DNA of 64,000 nt from Eledone cirrhosa. Taxonomy: Eukaryota. The first letter of the stretch is position 1; each line of letters begins with the position of its first letter. Location of the stretch: NCBI GenBank assembly GCA_964016885.1, contig OZ024751.1:25420001-25484000 (forward strand). Reading direction: 5' to 3'. Shown in pieces: positions 13,940 through 28,653 of this stretch. A program made the translations under genes and the position numbers. The notes beneath the pieces are model-generated. The model saw only the letters and a list, made by a program, of their open reading frames with translations. It was not told the DNA's origin and did no database searches.

Positions 13940-14619
13940 ATGACACATCATTGTTAAACGTCCCCATGGAAATGAAAAATAAGCCCCAAAATAAAATAAA
14001 ACAACATAAATAATACAAAATCAAGCAACAATTTAAAACAATATAGAATAGAACGTAATACGAATAAAGTTACTGTTATTAATATTATTATTGTTATTAA
14101 TATTATTATTGTTATTATTATTATTATTTAAAAAAGAAGAAATTCGTATCAAATGTATACCAGACGTTATGGAAATGTATTTACAAATTAAATGAGATTA
14201 TAAATTCATACGATTATTGAACGATTAATTAAAACGATTAAGATTAATTAATTAAGATATTAATAATGAGACCTCCCCCCTCAAAAAAAAAAAATAAATT
14301 AAATAAAAGAAATCGATTATAGAATTTCCATCTGTAAAAGAAAAAAAATTAATAAGTCATTAAACATTTATTTTGTGAAATATAATGAATTAATGTATAA
14401 GCAGAAATGAAGTTGAATAATGACGTTGATGTTGATGATGATGATGGCTGTAGTGTTGATAATAATGATTTCTAGTATAGGAACAAGGCCAGTAATTTTT
14501 TTTTTTTGTGGGGGGGGGGGGGGGTCGATTAAATCGAGTCCAGTACGTTACTGGTACTTTATTTTATCGACCCCGTAAGGATGAAAGGCAAAGTGAGAAT
14601 TATGCTGTTAATTTTGTTG

Positions 14620-14738
14620 ATGCTGATGATGATGATGATGATGATGGCTGTGTTGTTCATATTGACTATCATGAAGATGTTGTTCGTTTTTGACGATGAC
14701 GATGATGATCATGATCATGATGGCGGTGGTGATGATGG

Positions 14739-14772
<34 letters not shown>

Positions 14773-14885
14773 GATGATGATGGTGGCTGTGCTGTTGACA
14801 TTGAAAATGGTAAGAAAGCTGTTGTTGTTCATGATGATGAAGATAATGATGATAATGATGATGATAGTGATGATGATGATGATAG

Positions 14886-14928
<43 letters not shown>

Positions 14929-14965
14929 AGTGATGATGTTAATGTTGTGGAGAGGGATGGTAATG
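14620..14965. repeat. (GAT)n/(GGT)n low-complexity tract
   Basis: Direct reading. Confidence 0.9.
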
Positions 14966-15318
14966 ATTATAATTGTTTCTAATTTGGCAGCACACGGCTA
15001 GAAGTTTAAAGGTAATGGGAAAGTCGATTAAAGCGACCCCAGTGTATTGCGGGTATTTTATTGACCGCCGCGACGACGTAAGGCACACCTAAGGTAGGGT
15101 ATGTGAATATAAATAATAATGCGACTGCTGATGGTGAAATCTATGATAACGAAATTTAACAATTATAAAAATGATAATGAGTTAGTGACGACAGAGATAT
15201 TGGCCATCCTAATGATGCTGATGATTGTTATTATTAATATGATGACAATGTTATATCGGTGATGATGGTGAAACCCTAGTGGACGATTAGAAGGAAGTTA
15301 CTGAATATGACTTAAATA

Positions 15319-15408
15319 ATTGTTTCTACTTTTGGCACAAGGCCATCAATTACCCAGTGCATTACTGGTACTTTATTTTATCGACCCCGTAAGGATGAAA
15401 GGCAAAGT
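15319..15408 (-). mobile_element. SINE 3' fragment
   Basis: AATTGTTTCTACTTTTGGCACAAGGCCA...TATCGACCCCGTAAGGATGAAAGGCAAAGT; similar fragment at 14468-14594. Confidence 0.75.
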
Positions 15409-15442
15409 GAATATGACTTAAATAATGATAATTATGATGATG

Positions 15443-15563
15443 ATAACTGTATACTATCGAACTTCATATATAGGTTCTATCAGGCCGTCTTCTTCGGAAA
15501 CAACTGTGTCCGAAGAAGATGGTCTGATCGAACCTATATATGAAGTTTGATAGTATACAGTTA
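15443..15563. repeat. Fold-back palindrome (~55-bp arms)
   Basis: ATAACTGTATACTATC...TCTTCTTCGGA / TCCGAAGAAGA...GATAGTATACAGTTAT. Confidence 0.8.
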
Positions 15564-15713
15564 TATAACTGCTATAACTGCTATAGATCAGTCAATATGT
15601 CAATATGTCAATATGATCAACCCTCAGAAACGATCGTAAAACAATGATATGAATAGGTAAAATATCTTGAATTTGTTGATATTATTTTCATTGTTAAATT
15701 AATATGCTATATA

Positions 15714-15745
<32 letters not shown>

Positions 15746-15758
15746 CACATATATATAC

Positions 15759-15825
<67 letters not shown>

Positions 15826-16158
15826 CATATAGTTATATATATGTATGTGTGTGTGTGGGTGGGTGTGTGTGCTCAAAGGAGACTCGAGAATATATGTATA
15901 TATAGATATATATTCTTGAATTTCATTTGAACAGGTGAGTGGAAAGACTCTGGATGATGCATGGAAAAGAAGCAGGTGCTGGAAAGACTTATTAATTTAA
16001 AGAGAAATTTCGTCATTACGAACGTTTCGTGTTGACGACAGAGGTCAGCATGTCAAATAATGTTTCACTGGCTTGACATGTCTCGTAGTTAGAGTGACAA
16101 GAACAGGTAATTGATTTGCATAATTGAACGAGACAATGAGATCTATCTCTCTCTCTCT

Positions 16159-16250
<92 letters not shown>

Positions 16251-16862
16251 GGGGGGAGGGGGAGTGAGTCACAGAGAGAGAAAGGGGTGAGTCACAGAGA
16301 GAGCGAGTGAAGAAAAGATAGACGGCAAGAGGTAGATATATAGATAAAAACATACGAAGTAATATAGATGTGGACCCTGGGTTAAGGCATTTTAAGACAG
16401 TGAACAGTGCCGCACAGCCTGTTGTGGTGTAGCTAGTGTCAGGACCAAGGGCCGGAGTGGGATGCTGAAGAAGTAATTGCTATTTCTAATCAACCTGGAA
16501 ATATCCTGACATCACACGCACGCGTGCACACAATTTCAATCACAGTGAAAACAATGCACACATAGAAACACACACTCACACATATGTGTGCAGTGTACGC
16601 CCGACACTCACGGTCCCGGTTATTCTCGGAATTATCCTTAGAACTTAAGTAATAATTGTTCGCGGAAACCACCACATATTCGCGAAATTGTAAAATCTTC
16701 CGCGATCTTTTTATTACTTTTTTCGTGACAATATATATTTTTTAAAGCTAAATTATTAGTAACAATATACATATTTGCCCCCTGTTGGCCGGCCCTTCAC
16801 ATAAGCCGTCCCCTCTTTTTTATTATATTTTATGTTATATTTTGACATTTGTATGGGGATAA

Positions 16863-16935
<73 letters not shown>

Positions 16936-16974
16936 TATAAATATTAATAAAATAGATGTTCTTTTCATCAATTA

Positions 16975-17029
16975 CATTTTATTATACATATTTCGGATGT
17001 ACAACAGTACGTCCTCATCAGACAAAATA
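16975..17029 (-). ncRNA. Minimal type I hammerhead ribozyme motif (other arm of the palindrome)
   Basis: Minus strand TATTTTGT CTGATGA GGACGTACTGTTGTACATCC GAAA TATGTATA ATAAAATG. Confidence 0.7.
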
Positions 17030-17135
17030 TAATGATACATGACATACCTTCAGGTGTTAAATGGTTAAGATTTAATCAAGGTACCTTGATTAAATCTTAA
17101 CCATTTAACATCTGAAGGTATGTCATGTATCATTA

Positions 17136-17190
17136 TATTTTGTCTGATGAGGACGTACTGTTGTATCTCCGAAATATGTATAATAAAATG
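17136..17190 (+). ncRNA. Minimal type I hammerhead ribozyme motif
   Basis: Stem I TATTTTGT/ATAAAATG; CTGATGA 17144-17150; stem II GGAcGTAC-TGTT-GTATcTCC; GAAA 17171-17174; T-ATGT-A; cleavage triplet AUA. Confidence 0.7.
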
Positions 17191-17373
17191 TAATTGATCA
17201 AAAGAACATCTATTTTATTAATATTTATATTTTAACATTAATAACTCCGGAAAATTATTTTTTCGTAGAGTGCTTCCAATCTACTGTAAAACTAATTCTT
17301 TGACATAATCATTGAATATCATTTAACACTTTAATATATATATATATATATGAGCGTATATATATATATATAT

Positions 17374-17405
<32 letters not shown>

Positions 17406-18804
17406 CGCTCATATACTCTCATATATTCCTGTGAATGTGTGTGTCTTAATTTCTATTGTATTCAGGTCTAGTGGAAGGTTGAGGTTTCGATTTGAATAAG
17501 ACACTATATTCCACATTGCTGCAATACATTCAGCTACATATACAACTAATTGTCCTTGTAATTGAAAGGAAGAGCTATGTCACACACTGTGCTACGATGA
17601 ATCACTCTAAGTGCTATGTTAAGGGTTCGAGGTGCAGCTCTCAGGAAAAGCACAAGCAATTATTCGCGAGAAGGCCGGTCGATTGCACGAGGAACTATAA
17701 TGCTCGCCTTCTAGACCGATGAAGTCTGACCACAGTACACATATACTCATATAAATATTGTTTCTGTCAGTCTACTGCGCCCATGATACAGCAACTCCTA
17801 CAATTGTCTTTAGTTAACTAAAGAACGTTCTTTTATATATTTATTTCATCGTTCTCTTATGATACAGATTCCATATAGGAATGCACCGTTTCTAGATCCA
17901 CACAGCAATACATATATACAGCTATAGGGTCACAATCGGTTCCGTCTTCTCAAGTTTGTGCATGAAATTACTTATGAAATGGGCCACATGAGGTAGAACG
18001 GAGACCTGGGATGGAGCCAAGGACCAGGTCAGTGAATATATAGTGAAAACTCGTTTACTGGAGGTTGTGATGGCGTTAGTTGTTATCATGCTTCTGGAGG
18101 TGGTGGTGGTCTGGTGGTGATGGTGATGGTGTTGGTGGTGTTGGTGTTGGTGATGGTGGTGGTGCTTGGTGGTGGTGGTGGTGCTGCTGACGATGGTGTG
18201 CTCGGCGTGAGTGGGAGGTTTTAGTGTTTGGTTTGGGCATAATACAACCAAATAAGGGAAATTAGTATACCTAACTCATACATAATGATTAAAGCATACC
18301 CCTCTCCCATTTCTCGACCTCTTTCCCTCACTCAGTTTCTCTCTGTTACTTTCTCTCTTGAATTAAGTTATATCTCTCTCTCTCTCTCGCTCTCCCTGTC
18401 TCTCTCACTCACTATATATATATATAAATATATGTGTGTGTGTGTGTACATATATATATATATATGTCTGTGTGTGTATATACATATATATATGTGTGTG
18501 TGTGTGTGTGTATGTGTGTGTGTGTACATATATATATAAGCGGATTGCTTATACACAAAATTGTTTGATCTGCGGAGATTTGCATATGATCTTATATTTA
18601 TCAATTCTTGAGTAAACATCCAGATCCACACATATCTATACACATGCTCACTTCACACGTACACATATAGACGCATATATACATACACACATGCTGATAC
18701 AAAAATATATTATGCACACAAATATATTTAATATGGATATATGCTTTGATAAGGTGAGCATATTAAATCCCTTACATGTACGTATGTGTGTATATGTATA
18801 AGTG

Positions 18805-18856
<52 letters not shown>

Positions 18857-18908
18857 TGTGTGTGTGTGTGTGTGTATGTGTGTGTATATATATATAGATC
18901 TAGATAGA

Positions 18909-18994
<86 letters not shown>

Positions 18995-19108
18995 TAGAGG
19001 GAGACAGAGAGAGAGAGAAGAAGATTTAATGGTTTAATGGTAATAATGACTTTGAAGGGTTCGCTTGTTCCATAATCAAAACCTGGTAATACAGGCACAC
19101 ACAGACAC

Positions 19109-19185
<77 letters not shown>

Positions 19186-19308
19186 TATATAACTACTCCC
19201 AAATATAACCAGTCCGTTATATTTTGTGTTGTTCAGTTTCTAACTAAATAGATCTGTTCTATACACAGAGCACTCTTTTTTCCTTTGCTTTTCCTTCTGA
19301 ATTACCTA

Positions 19309-19374
<66 letters not shown>

Positions 19375-21094
19375 CCAAAAGTTATTTGACAACGCAAAGC
19401 TACATGAACAGTCAACAACACGTCATCATCAATATTTGATGTGTTGCCCAGTAATATGTTGAAAAGGAGCTCATATGTATAGACCCTCACTATCAGGTGG
19501 AAACAAATGCATGTTAGATTCCGAATGGCACATGGACCTTGTATTATGAAGCTGTCTTCTTGATCTTACACCTTCATATTGATGAATACAAGAATTCTTA
19601 TGAAATATTATGAAAATTCATTCCAGCACGTGCCAAATCCTGTGCGTAAAAATCACATTTGGAAATTCTTCAGTAAATTCTGTTTGATCTACCTGCAAAT
19701 ATCCACCAATTCAGATTCATTTTTATTTTCAAAATTGCACAATGTTGGCTTTCTCCGAAAGACTCGTATTGCATCTTTGAACCTCTTGATTAAGGGAGAT
19801 GCAAATCCTATAATGGACAAATATATATAGTTATTGTGAATCCTGGATATAATGGAACACTTGGGAACATCTTTACAACGGAGGAGGAAAGGCTTGACAT
19901 TTCAGTGAGAGAGGGGGAACAGAAGATACTACTACTGTATGTTAACCCCCCCCCCCCCCCACACACACACACACAACACAGTCCTCCAAAACGAGGCAAC
20001 AACTTATTAGAAATATACATAAAGAAATTTCAAACAAAGCAGGAGTGTAAAGTGATGTTATTGTAGGTTCCCCCAGGTGAGGACTTGATGTTTAGATTCA
20101 CATCAGTGGTGAGGTGTAGAGCTAAACAGAATGTAATATAATAATATAACAAGGACGATTTGTTAAGCCTTTATATGGTGGTCAATTTATGTATTTTTGA
20201 TTGGTTTAGCTATGATGCATGACTATATATATATATATTTAATTCATGCATGTGTGGATGTGCATACATGTGCATATGCCCCTGGGTGCGTCTGTACACA
20301 TGTATATTATTTTTCCTTTTTATATTCTTTCACACAAAATACACTGCTAGGGATCTTGCCCCTACACGCAGTGTTTTAGCAACCTCCCCAAAAAATGTTT
20401 TTCATAAAGATTTTCCATGTAAATGTTTTCTTCATAGTCTTTTCTATGATCTTTACTAACACTAACTCCATACCATAATTCCTCATTTATATATAATGTC
20501 ATACACTAACCTCATAACATGTTCATTACGTCACTCATTCTCTATAGTACAAATCCCCTTTAACGATGTCTAAACAGTATAACCCACCTCCCTTATGTTC
20601 AGTCACTCTTCCGTGACAAACCTCCCTACCCCTAGTAGAACACCGCATTCTTTCGTGTCCTATCACGTACAGCCCTACCAGATTCACACCACACACACCA
20701 CGCCATCTCCATCTCACTACATACACGCCGACATGTCTATGGCAAGCCAAAACACCACACACCCGCAACTCACATCAACAATCGCTCCCCACCACCCCCT
20801 CGTTACTATTCACCCTCCCCACCCACCCACCCACTAATCACACATGCCAAAACATTCCTCATTACTAAACCACCAATCAAAACAACATAAATTAACCAAC
20901 TTATGAGCGTGAAACGTTAGACTTTAGACGTTTATATACTATATATGTTTATTCTGTCATTACAGCAGCAGAGGTTCGACGAGATTTTGATTCCATGATC
21001 AGGCCAGATCGATACAAGTAGAACCTTGGATTATTATATTATATAATAGACGTCGAAACCGCTTTAGCTCTGCCGTCGGGGTTAAACATTTTCC

Positions 21095-21765
<671 letters not shown>

Positions 21766-22639
21766 TATACAGGTCATACCAAACGAGTAATTAATTAAGA
21801 AATAAAACATAGGCCAAACACACTCACCGATATAGCCTTGAACCACGGATTTTTTTAGTTGTTGTTGCCGTTGCTGCTTTTTGTCTAGGCCTTCCTTTCG
21901 ATAGACAAAGATTTTTTCGTACCCGAAAATCCCCAAACATTTTGCACGATATCCGCATTAAGAGGATATTGTGAAACTTACCATTTTGTTCGGGAGGAAA
22001 TCCACAAAGTTTTGGTGCAAACAAGAAGAAAATATCAGTGCCCAGAGTGCAAATCTAACTACTATTATACCAAAGAATGGTGTGCAGAAGTGCTATGACA
22101 GAAGTAATACAAGGACAATGTGATGACTGGAGAACGAATAAAAGGAAATATTAAATATATTTAAAAGAATTGTAGAAACAGGGTGTGCAATGTTCGGAAG
22201 GAGATGGGGACACGAAGAAAACATGATATTTCGTGGTTGCATTGAGGAAAATGAAGCACAAGGTGCATCGTTGCAGGAAAGTCTGAATTTAAAGGAAACA
22301 CGATGTTGTATAGTAGCTATAGAGTGAGTTGAACAAAGCATGTTGTGCAGTAAAGTAACTTGCAGTAAAGTGAAATGTTAAAAAAATATAGGATGTGCAG
22401 GATTGCAGTGAAACAATTATACGGAGGAAACGAATGAAATGAATAAAAATGATAAAAACAGAAACAATGACCATAATATCAAACAACAAAACATGGCCCC
22501 ATAAAACGTGAACAAACTACAGATATAAAGCAAAATGCATAAACATATAAAACATAGTGCAGTTGCCTTATATGAATTCTGTGCTGAAATAGTGACTCAT
22601 ATTTAACTAGTAGAAACAGCGAGGGTTTATATGAGGCAT

Positions 22640-22641
22640 AG

Positions 22642-22705
<64 letters not shown>

Positions 22706-22740
22706 GGTGGTGGTGGTGGTGGTAGTGGTGGTGGTGGTAG
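22640..22740. repeat. (GAT)n-(GGT)n microsatellite
   Basis: Direct reading. Confidence 0.9.
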
Positions 22741-23347
22741 AAGCATTGAAAATAGCGGTGGAGCTGATGATACCAGTGTTAATGAGGTTGATGATGGTGT
22801 TGATGGTGTGGAGGCGAGGAAGGCGGTGCAGGTGTTCGAAGCAGTGAGTGAAGCCGGTGATGGAGGTGATGGTCATGATGTTGGTGGCAGTGATGGTGTG
22901 AAGTAAGATAATAAGCGGTGACTACGATGGCGGTGGCGGTGGCGGTGCTTATGATGCCAATAATGGAGGCGACATGACAGTGAGAAAGAAAAGGTGATGG
23001 AGGTGTTGATGGTGCAGATCAAGAAATGGTGTTGGTTGTGGTGCTGGTGGTGCTGATGGTTAGGGTTGGTAGGTGGATGCTGGTACTCGTGCTAGTGGTG
23101 CTTTTGTTGGTGCAATAAGTAAGATAGTGTTGGAGGTATAGCTAGTGATTGTTGGTTAGCTGGTTGGTAGGATTGTGCATAGGATAAGGGTGGTTCAACG
23201 AAGGAGGTTTATAGCTAGGAATGCGTCGATGTGAAAGGTACTAACATGCAGTGCCAGGTGTATTTTACTCTCCTCAGACAAGCTCTGCATCAGATATATA
23301 GCATTACTTCTCCTGACATATTCTGATAAATTGACTACTACTACTAA

Positions 23348-23409
<62 letters not shown>

Positions 23410-23769
23410 CTATTATTACATCGTTGTTAGCAAATAGAGAAATTTACTTTATTTTACCATATTATTTTGTAACTTAATTTCTATATTTATAAACATACTT
23501 AGTCTTGTTGGGAAAATTCATTCTGTTTAAAGACCCCAATTAATGAGATTTCCGATTTCAAATTTCCTCTGGGCCTACTCAGTAGTGCTGCATTGCCGAG
23601 CATAGCCGAATATATCCGAGTATAGACGAGCAAAGCTGAATAATTTGCTTCCTCGAGAATGACGCATACATCGTGTAAATATTCCGTTATCTACAGAAAG
23701 TACATTTTCTTTGAAGAAATCAAGCCATTTTCTAACAAGACTTAAATACGCTTAAATTTCCGTTCTCAT

Positions 23770-23801
<32 letters not shown>

Positions 23802-24099
23802 TATAGGTCCCAAATAAATAAAAACGTTCTATTAAACAGTTAAAAGTTTGGGTTTGTAAAAATTCTAAGCCATTCACTAGAATTATTTGTATGCTGGATT
23901 TTACGTTGTATGTAAGTTTACTTTGCTTATGTTAAATGATTTTTTTATATGTTTCAGGTTAAATTAAAATTATAAAATAAAGAGTAATACCTAAAGAAAA
24001 TTATAAAAGTGCAATAAAGTATAAAATTGTTAAAAAGTGGATTAAAGATACTGGATACTGGATTTTCGCACCCTGAATAAAGGGTAAGTTGTGTTTTAA

Positions 24100-25452
24100 G
24101 CATTCGTCTCCAGGATGAAGCAGTGGAACTTGGTCAAGGAGGAAGTGCAGGTGACAATTCAGAGAAGTCGACACGAACCTTTCTCAGGCTTTTACACTCT
24201 TATGGATGGTCTCTGCTTCTGTCATGAGATGCCTGGACTGTTTGACGTTATTGGGGTGCCGTTTGTGCCCAAGAAGTGGCGGCTATTTATAGACAGCTCC
24301 ACCACAAGTTTGAAGGCTGTCCTCCACAATGGAAACAAGTTCCCGACACTGCCCCTAGGTCATTCAGTCTGCCTGAAGGAAGATTACTACAGTGTGAAAG
24401 TCCTCTTGGAAGCTCTGCAATACAACCAGTACAATTGGGAAATCATTGGAGACTTCAAGAAGGTGGCTTTCGTGTTTGGACTCCAAGGAGGGCTTTATCA
24501 AATTCCAATGCTTCCTCTGCCTTTGGGACAGCAGAGCCACCTCTAACAACTACACAAGAAAGAACTGGGTGCAGCGAACAAAATTTGTAGTTGGGAGCCA
24601 CTGGTTGATCCCAGGATTGTGCTCATGCCGCCACTGCACATTAAGTTGGGGTTGATGAAGCAGTTTGTGAAGGCTCTCAACCAAGAATCAGCCGCTTTTA
24701 AGTACCTTCTTGAGTTCTTCCCCAAGTTATCTGAGGCTAAAATCAAAGGTGGAATTTTTGTTGGACCTCAGATAAAGAAGGTGTTTGAGTCTACCGAGTT
24801 CTCCAATAAGCTCAATAGGATTTAGAGAACAACATGGAACTGTTTCAAGGCAGTTATTAAGGGATCCCTGGGCAACTACAGAGCTGAAAAGTACCAGCAA
24901 CTGGTGCAGGATCTGATAAAGGCTTTTGACGCCATGGGATGCAGGATGTCGCTTAAACTCCATATGCTGGACGCTCACCTGGAAAAATTCAAGGACAATA
25001 TGGGCGCCTACTCAGAAGAACAAGGCGAACGATTCCACCAAGATGTGAAAGAGATAGAGCGGAGGTACTAGGGCCGCTACAATGAAAACATGATAGGGGA
25101 CTATATCTGGGGGCTAGTGCGGGAATGCGACCTGGACTACAACCGCAAATCCAGGAAATCCAGTCATTTCTGACGTGTATAAGTTGCTTTATAAGTGTTA
25201 TTTGTTTTTACTTGTTTGCTTCTGATAAGCTTGTGTAATAAAATAAATATATACTCTGTTGATTTAATTATATGAACTGATAAATTTTTTTTAAATGTGT
25301 ATTTTCTTGAAAAATATGAAAATTTTGAAATAGCAAACTCCTGACACAAACCCAAACATTTGATTAAATAATAGTATTGTTTTATAATAATGAAATATGA
25401 CAAACCAGGAAATGATACTTAGAACCGGGGAACAAAAATATGTTACACGGTG
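24100..25452 (+). mobile_element. Chapaev3-like (CMC) DNA transposon remnant with disrupted transposase and intact 3' terminus
   Basis: Motifs WRLFIDSS..SLKAVLHNGN, WEIIGDFK, CFLCLWDSRA, PPLHIKLGLMKQFVKAL, FPKLSEAKIKGGIFVGPQI, GCRMSLKLHMLDAHL, SEEQGERFHQ across frameshifts and stops. Ends TGTTACACGGTG (reverse complement CACCGTGTAACA) followed by TTA. Family assignment is from recall. Confidence 0.8.
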
Positions 25453-27164
25453 TTACCGGTGTCTGTCATACATTGTTCACTACGTTAGTAAAATTGTTTA
25501 CAAATTGTTAATTTTATGATAACATGTTTGTATATAAAATATATTTAACATCACATGCTTTTTAAATAATAAAATATTATTACAGATTAAATTTATCAAT
25601 CATTGTGTATTTTTTTCATCTATTTTAAAAATTTGTCTAATTATTAGCGAAATATTTTAAATCTCTTTTAATATACCTATTGTTTAAAATATCTCAGTAA
25701 ACAAAACAATGCTTATTTTATGTTAATGCAGTTTAACGGAATGGGAGAAAAGAAAGGGAGAATATTTCTATCTCATAGATACGATTAACAATTGGTTGGT
25801 GACGTAGTGCATAATAGTGTAACATATGTTAGCTAAATAGATAGGTTACCTCATGCTTATCTAATGCATTTTAGACACCATGCGTCAAGTGAGTTGTGTG
25901 TTCATGCAATCCTACTCGGTGAATAGAAGATTGCGTTTAGCATATTTAGTTGGTATTTTTTTAATAGTCTACCTTTCAAAATGTGAGAATCCTTAGGGAA
26001 ATACTAAAACAATTACGTTTTACTATTTCACTTATTAATTACTTAAAATAATTCACATTACAATAATTATTTCATTTTCTTTTTTTTTTTTAACATAATA
26101 TCGTCTATATATTACATTAATTACTCAAATTCTGTTTCGGAAAATAAGAATAATATGCTGAACGCTCTCGGTTGAAATAAGTGCTGAACTACTCTACTTG
26201 GTGCTGCAAATATAAAGGACCCTTGTTGAGAAGTTAGGCACAAAGTAAGAAATAAGCTATTGTTGCTTTATGCAGTGATTAATATCAAATGATATTGTTC
26301 CCGTAGCTTTCTTGTGATACTACTGAAACGTTTATAATTATTCAGTATATTCCCGTATATTCTAGAAATAGGTTGTAATTTTCAATATTTATTATACTCT
26401 GTAATAACTATATTGTGTATATATTATGTATATCTTCATGCTATACGTTACGATATATTATAATATCATATATAATTTTATAATTTTGATTTGTATATAA
26501 CAGACAATAGAATCATTGAATGGAATTATCTACTGGTACTTATTATATATAATGTATTCAGGTATATAAGATATCTACAACTTATTCGATATAGAATATT
26601 TTCCCATGTGATATCACAAACTTGTATATCATCGTGACATCTAGAACTTATGGCATAAAGTATATTTTCTCCACATGATATACAAAGCTTATTAGACAGA
26701 GTATATTTTCATATATTATATCTGAAACGTAATATTATCTTATATATATTGTATAGAATTTGTTACATAAAACATTTTATTTTCTTATTTATGATATTCG
26801 GAAATAATGTAATATAGTCTGGGATCATCAGAAATGAATAGTAGATGGCATTTCCAAATTTTTATTAAAAGAAACAATGTAGGCCTAACGATATATTTCA
26901 AAACTTCACATTGGTTAGGCTTGTTCACTTCACTAAACCCCAAAGTATAAACATAATTACATACGTTATATATATATTAATCATAAGGTGTGTGCTCAGG
27001 TATTTAAAATATATACTTTGTGCAACATTGCATGTTTATTATTTCTAGCATCATTGAATCCCTATTTCTACTGTCGATGTTATACGCACATTATAATAGT
27101 TGTGAAATATTAAAATATCTCATTTCAAATAATTTTTTCTACAGACGATATTAATGATAATAAT

Positions 27165-27355
27165 TATTTCTACTTTAGGCACAAGGCCAGCAATTTGAAG
27201 GGAAGGGGAAAGACGATTAAAGGGACACCAGTACATTACTGGTGCATTATTCTATCGACTCCGTAAGAATAAATCACCTCGGGTGATTTGAACTCACAAC
27301 GTAAAAGAACTTAACTGTATGCTGCAAAACATGGTGTCTGACGCTCTATCGATTC
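27165..27355 (-). mobile_element. Degenerate SINE copy
   Basis: TTTCTACTTTAGGCACAAGGCCAGCAA...GATTTGAACTCA. Confidence 0.7.
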
Positions 27356-28008
27356 TGTTCTCATTATAATAGTTGGGAAATATTAAAATATCATATTTCA
27401 CATATCTTTTCTACAGTCGATGTCATAAATAATTAGAATAATAATAATAACACTATAGAAGATTGTCTTGTTTCTTGATATATAACAGAGCTGGGATATT
27501 CTGCTCGCCTACTAGAAATACTTGTAAAATATTAAAATAACTTATTTGATTAGCGATATAAGCCCGCACGATATATCTAAAATCTATTGATGTTTATGTT
27601 CGATCTTGTTGATTCTTCAAAGATGATTATCCCTACTTCCTTCATTCATTTTTAATTAAATTATTTGGAAAGTTTCCATTCAAATTTAGAACAATACACT
27701 TTACCTATAGATATTATTGCCACTATCCTAACGTCGTAGAAGTAAAGTGTTCATTCTTTATATTATAGGTCTATTTCCTTTAGATATATATATGTATGTA
27801 TGTATGTATGTATATATGTATGTATGTATGGGTGTGTAGGATTTGGAAAGTATCCATTCTAGGGCAAAATGTATCTTTGTTCAAAACTGTGTCCCGTATT
27901 ATTTTGTTTTCTTTCTTTTCACTTTGGCATATATTCAAATCTATTCTAAGTGTAACTTCTTCCCATATCTTTATATATTAAAGAACAACTCTAATTATAT
28001 GTAAGGAA

Positions 28009-28088
<80 letters not shown>

Positions 28089-28398
28089 TTATATTTATAT
28101 ATATATTTATATATATATATTTATATATATATTTATATATATATATATGTATACGCAGACAAACACATATATAAATATAATATGTGCGTGTATACGAATT
28201 ACATATATGTATGGGTGTGCGTATGTATATTTTTACTTAAATGAGGTTTTTAAATACAAGCTAAATATGTTAGATAAAAATATTACGGTTCCGCCAGTGG
28301 CCTGCCGACGACGGCTTTGCTGTACACACACACACATATATATATACATATATATATAAACATATATATCCATATATGTATGTATCCGTATATATATA

Positions 28399-28515
28399 GG
28401 CGTGTGGCTGAGTGGTTAGAGAATTAGATTCGCAATCGGAAGGTTGTGAGTTCGATTCCTGGACAGGGCGATGCGTTATGTCCTTGAGCAAGACACTTTA
28501 TTTCACGTTGCTCCT
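28399..28515 (+). mobile_element. tRNA-headed SINE (second family)
   Basis: GGCGTGTGGCTGAGTGGTTAGAG (A box)...GTGAGTTCGATTCCTGG (B box)...GTCCTTGAGCAAGACACTT; related copies ~47200-47325 (-) and ~49240-49335. Confidence 0.7.
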
Positions 28516-28619
28516 TCTACCTGGAGTTGCGACCGATAGATAGTATTAGCAATTGGAAAGACCAACGGAAACACTGTTTCGTCGGTCCGATTTGACGAAA
28601 GTCGATCGTTCCTTAATTA

Positions 28620-28653
<34 letters not shown>

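Larger units (their letters stand above)
16930..17235. repeat. Loop-less 306-bp palindrome (153-bp arms) centred on GGTACC, abutting (TA)n
   Basis: Arms are reverse complements with only about 4 mismatches; centre at 17082/17083. Confidence 0.95.

Noticed and set aside
19380-19900. Complex sequence that could be a decayed transposase (similar cases at 17465-17725 and 21820-22400)
   Set aside because: No diagnostic motif recognised; multiple stops
28399-28470. tRNA-like sequence
   Set aside because: No clean cloverleaf; continues into a SINE body found elsewhere in the window
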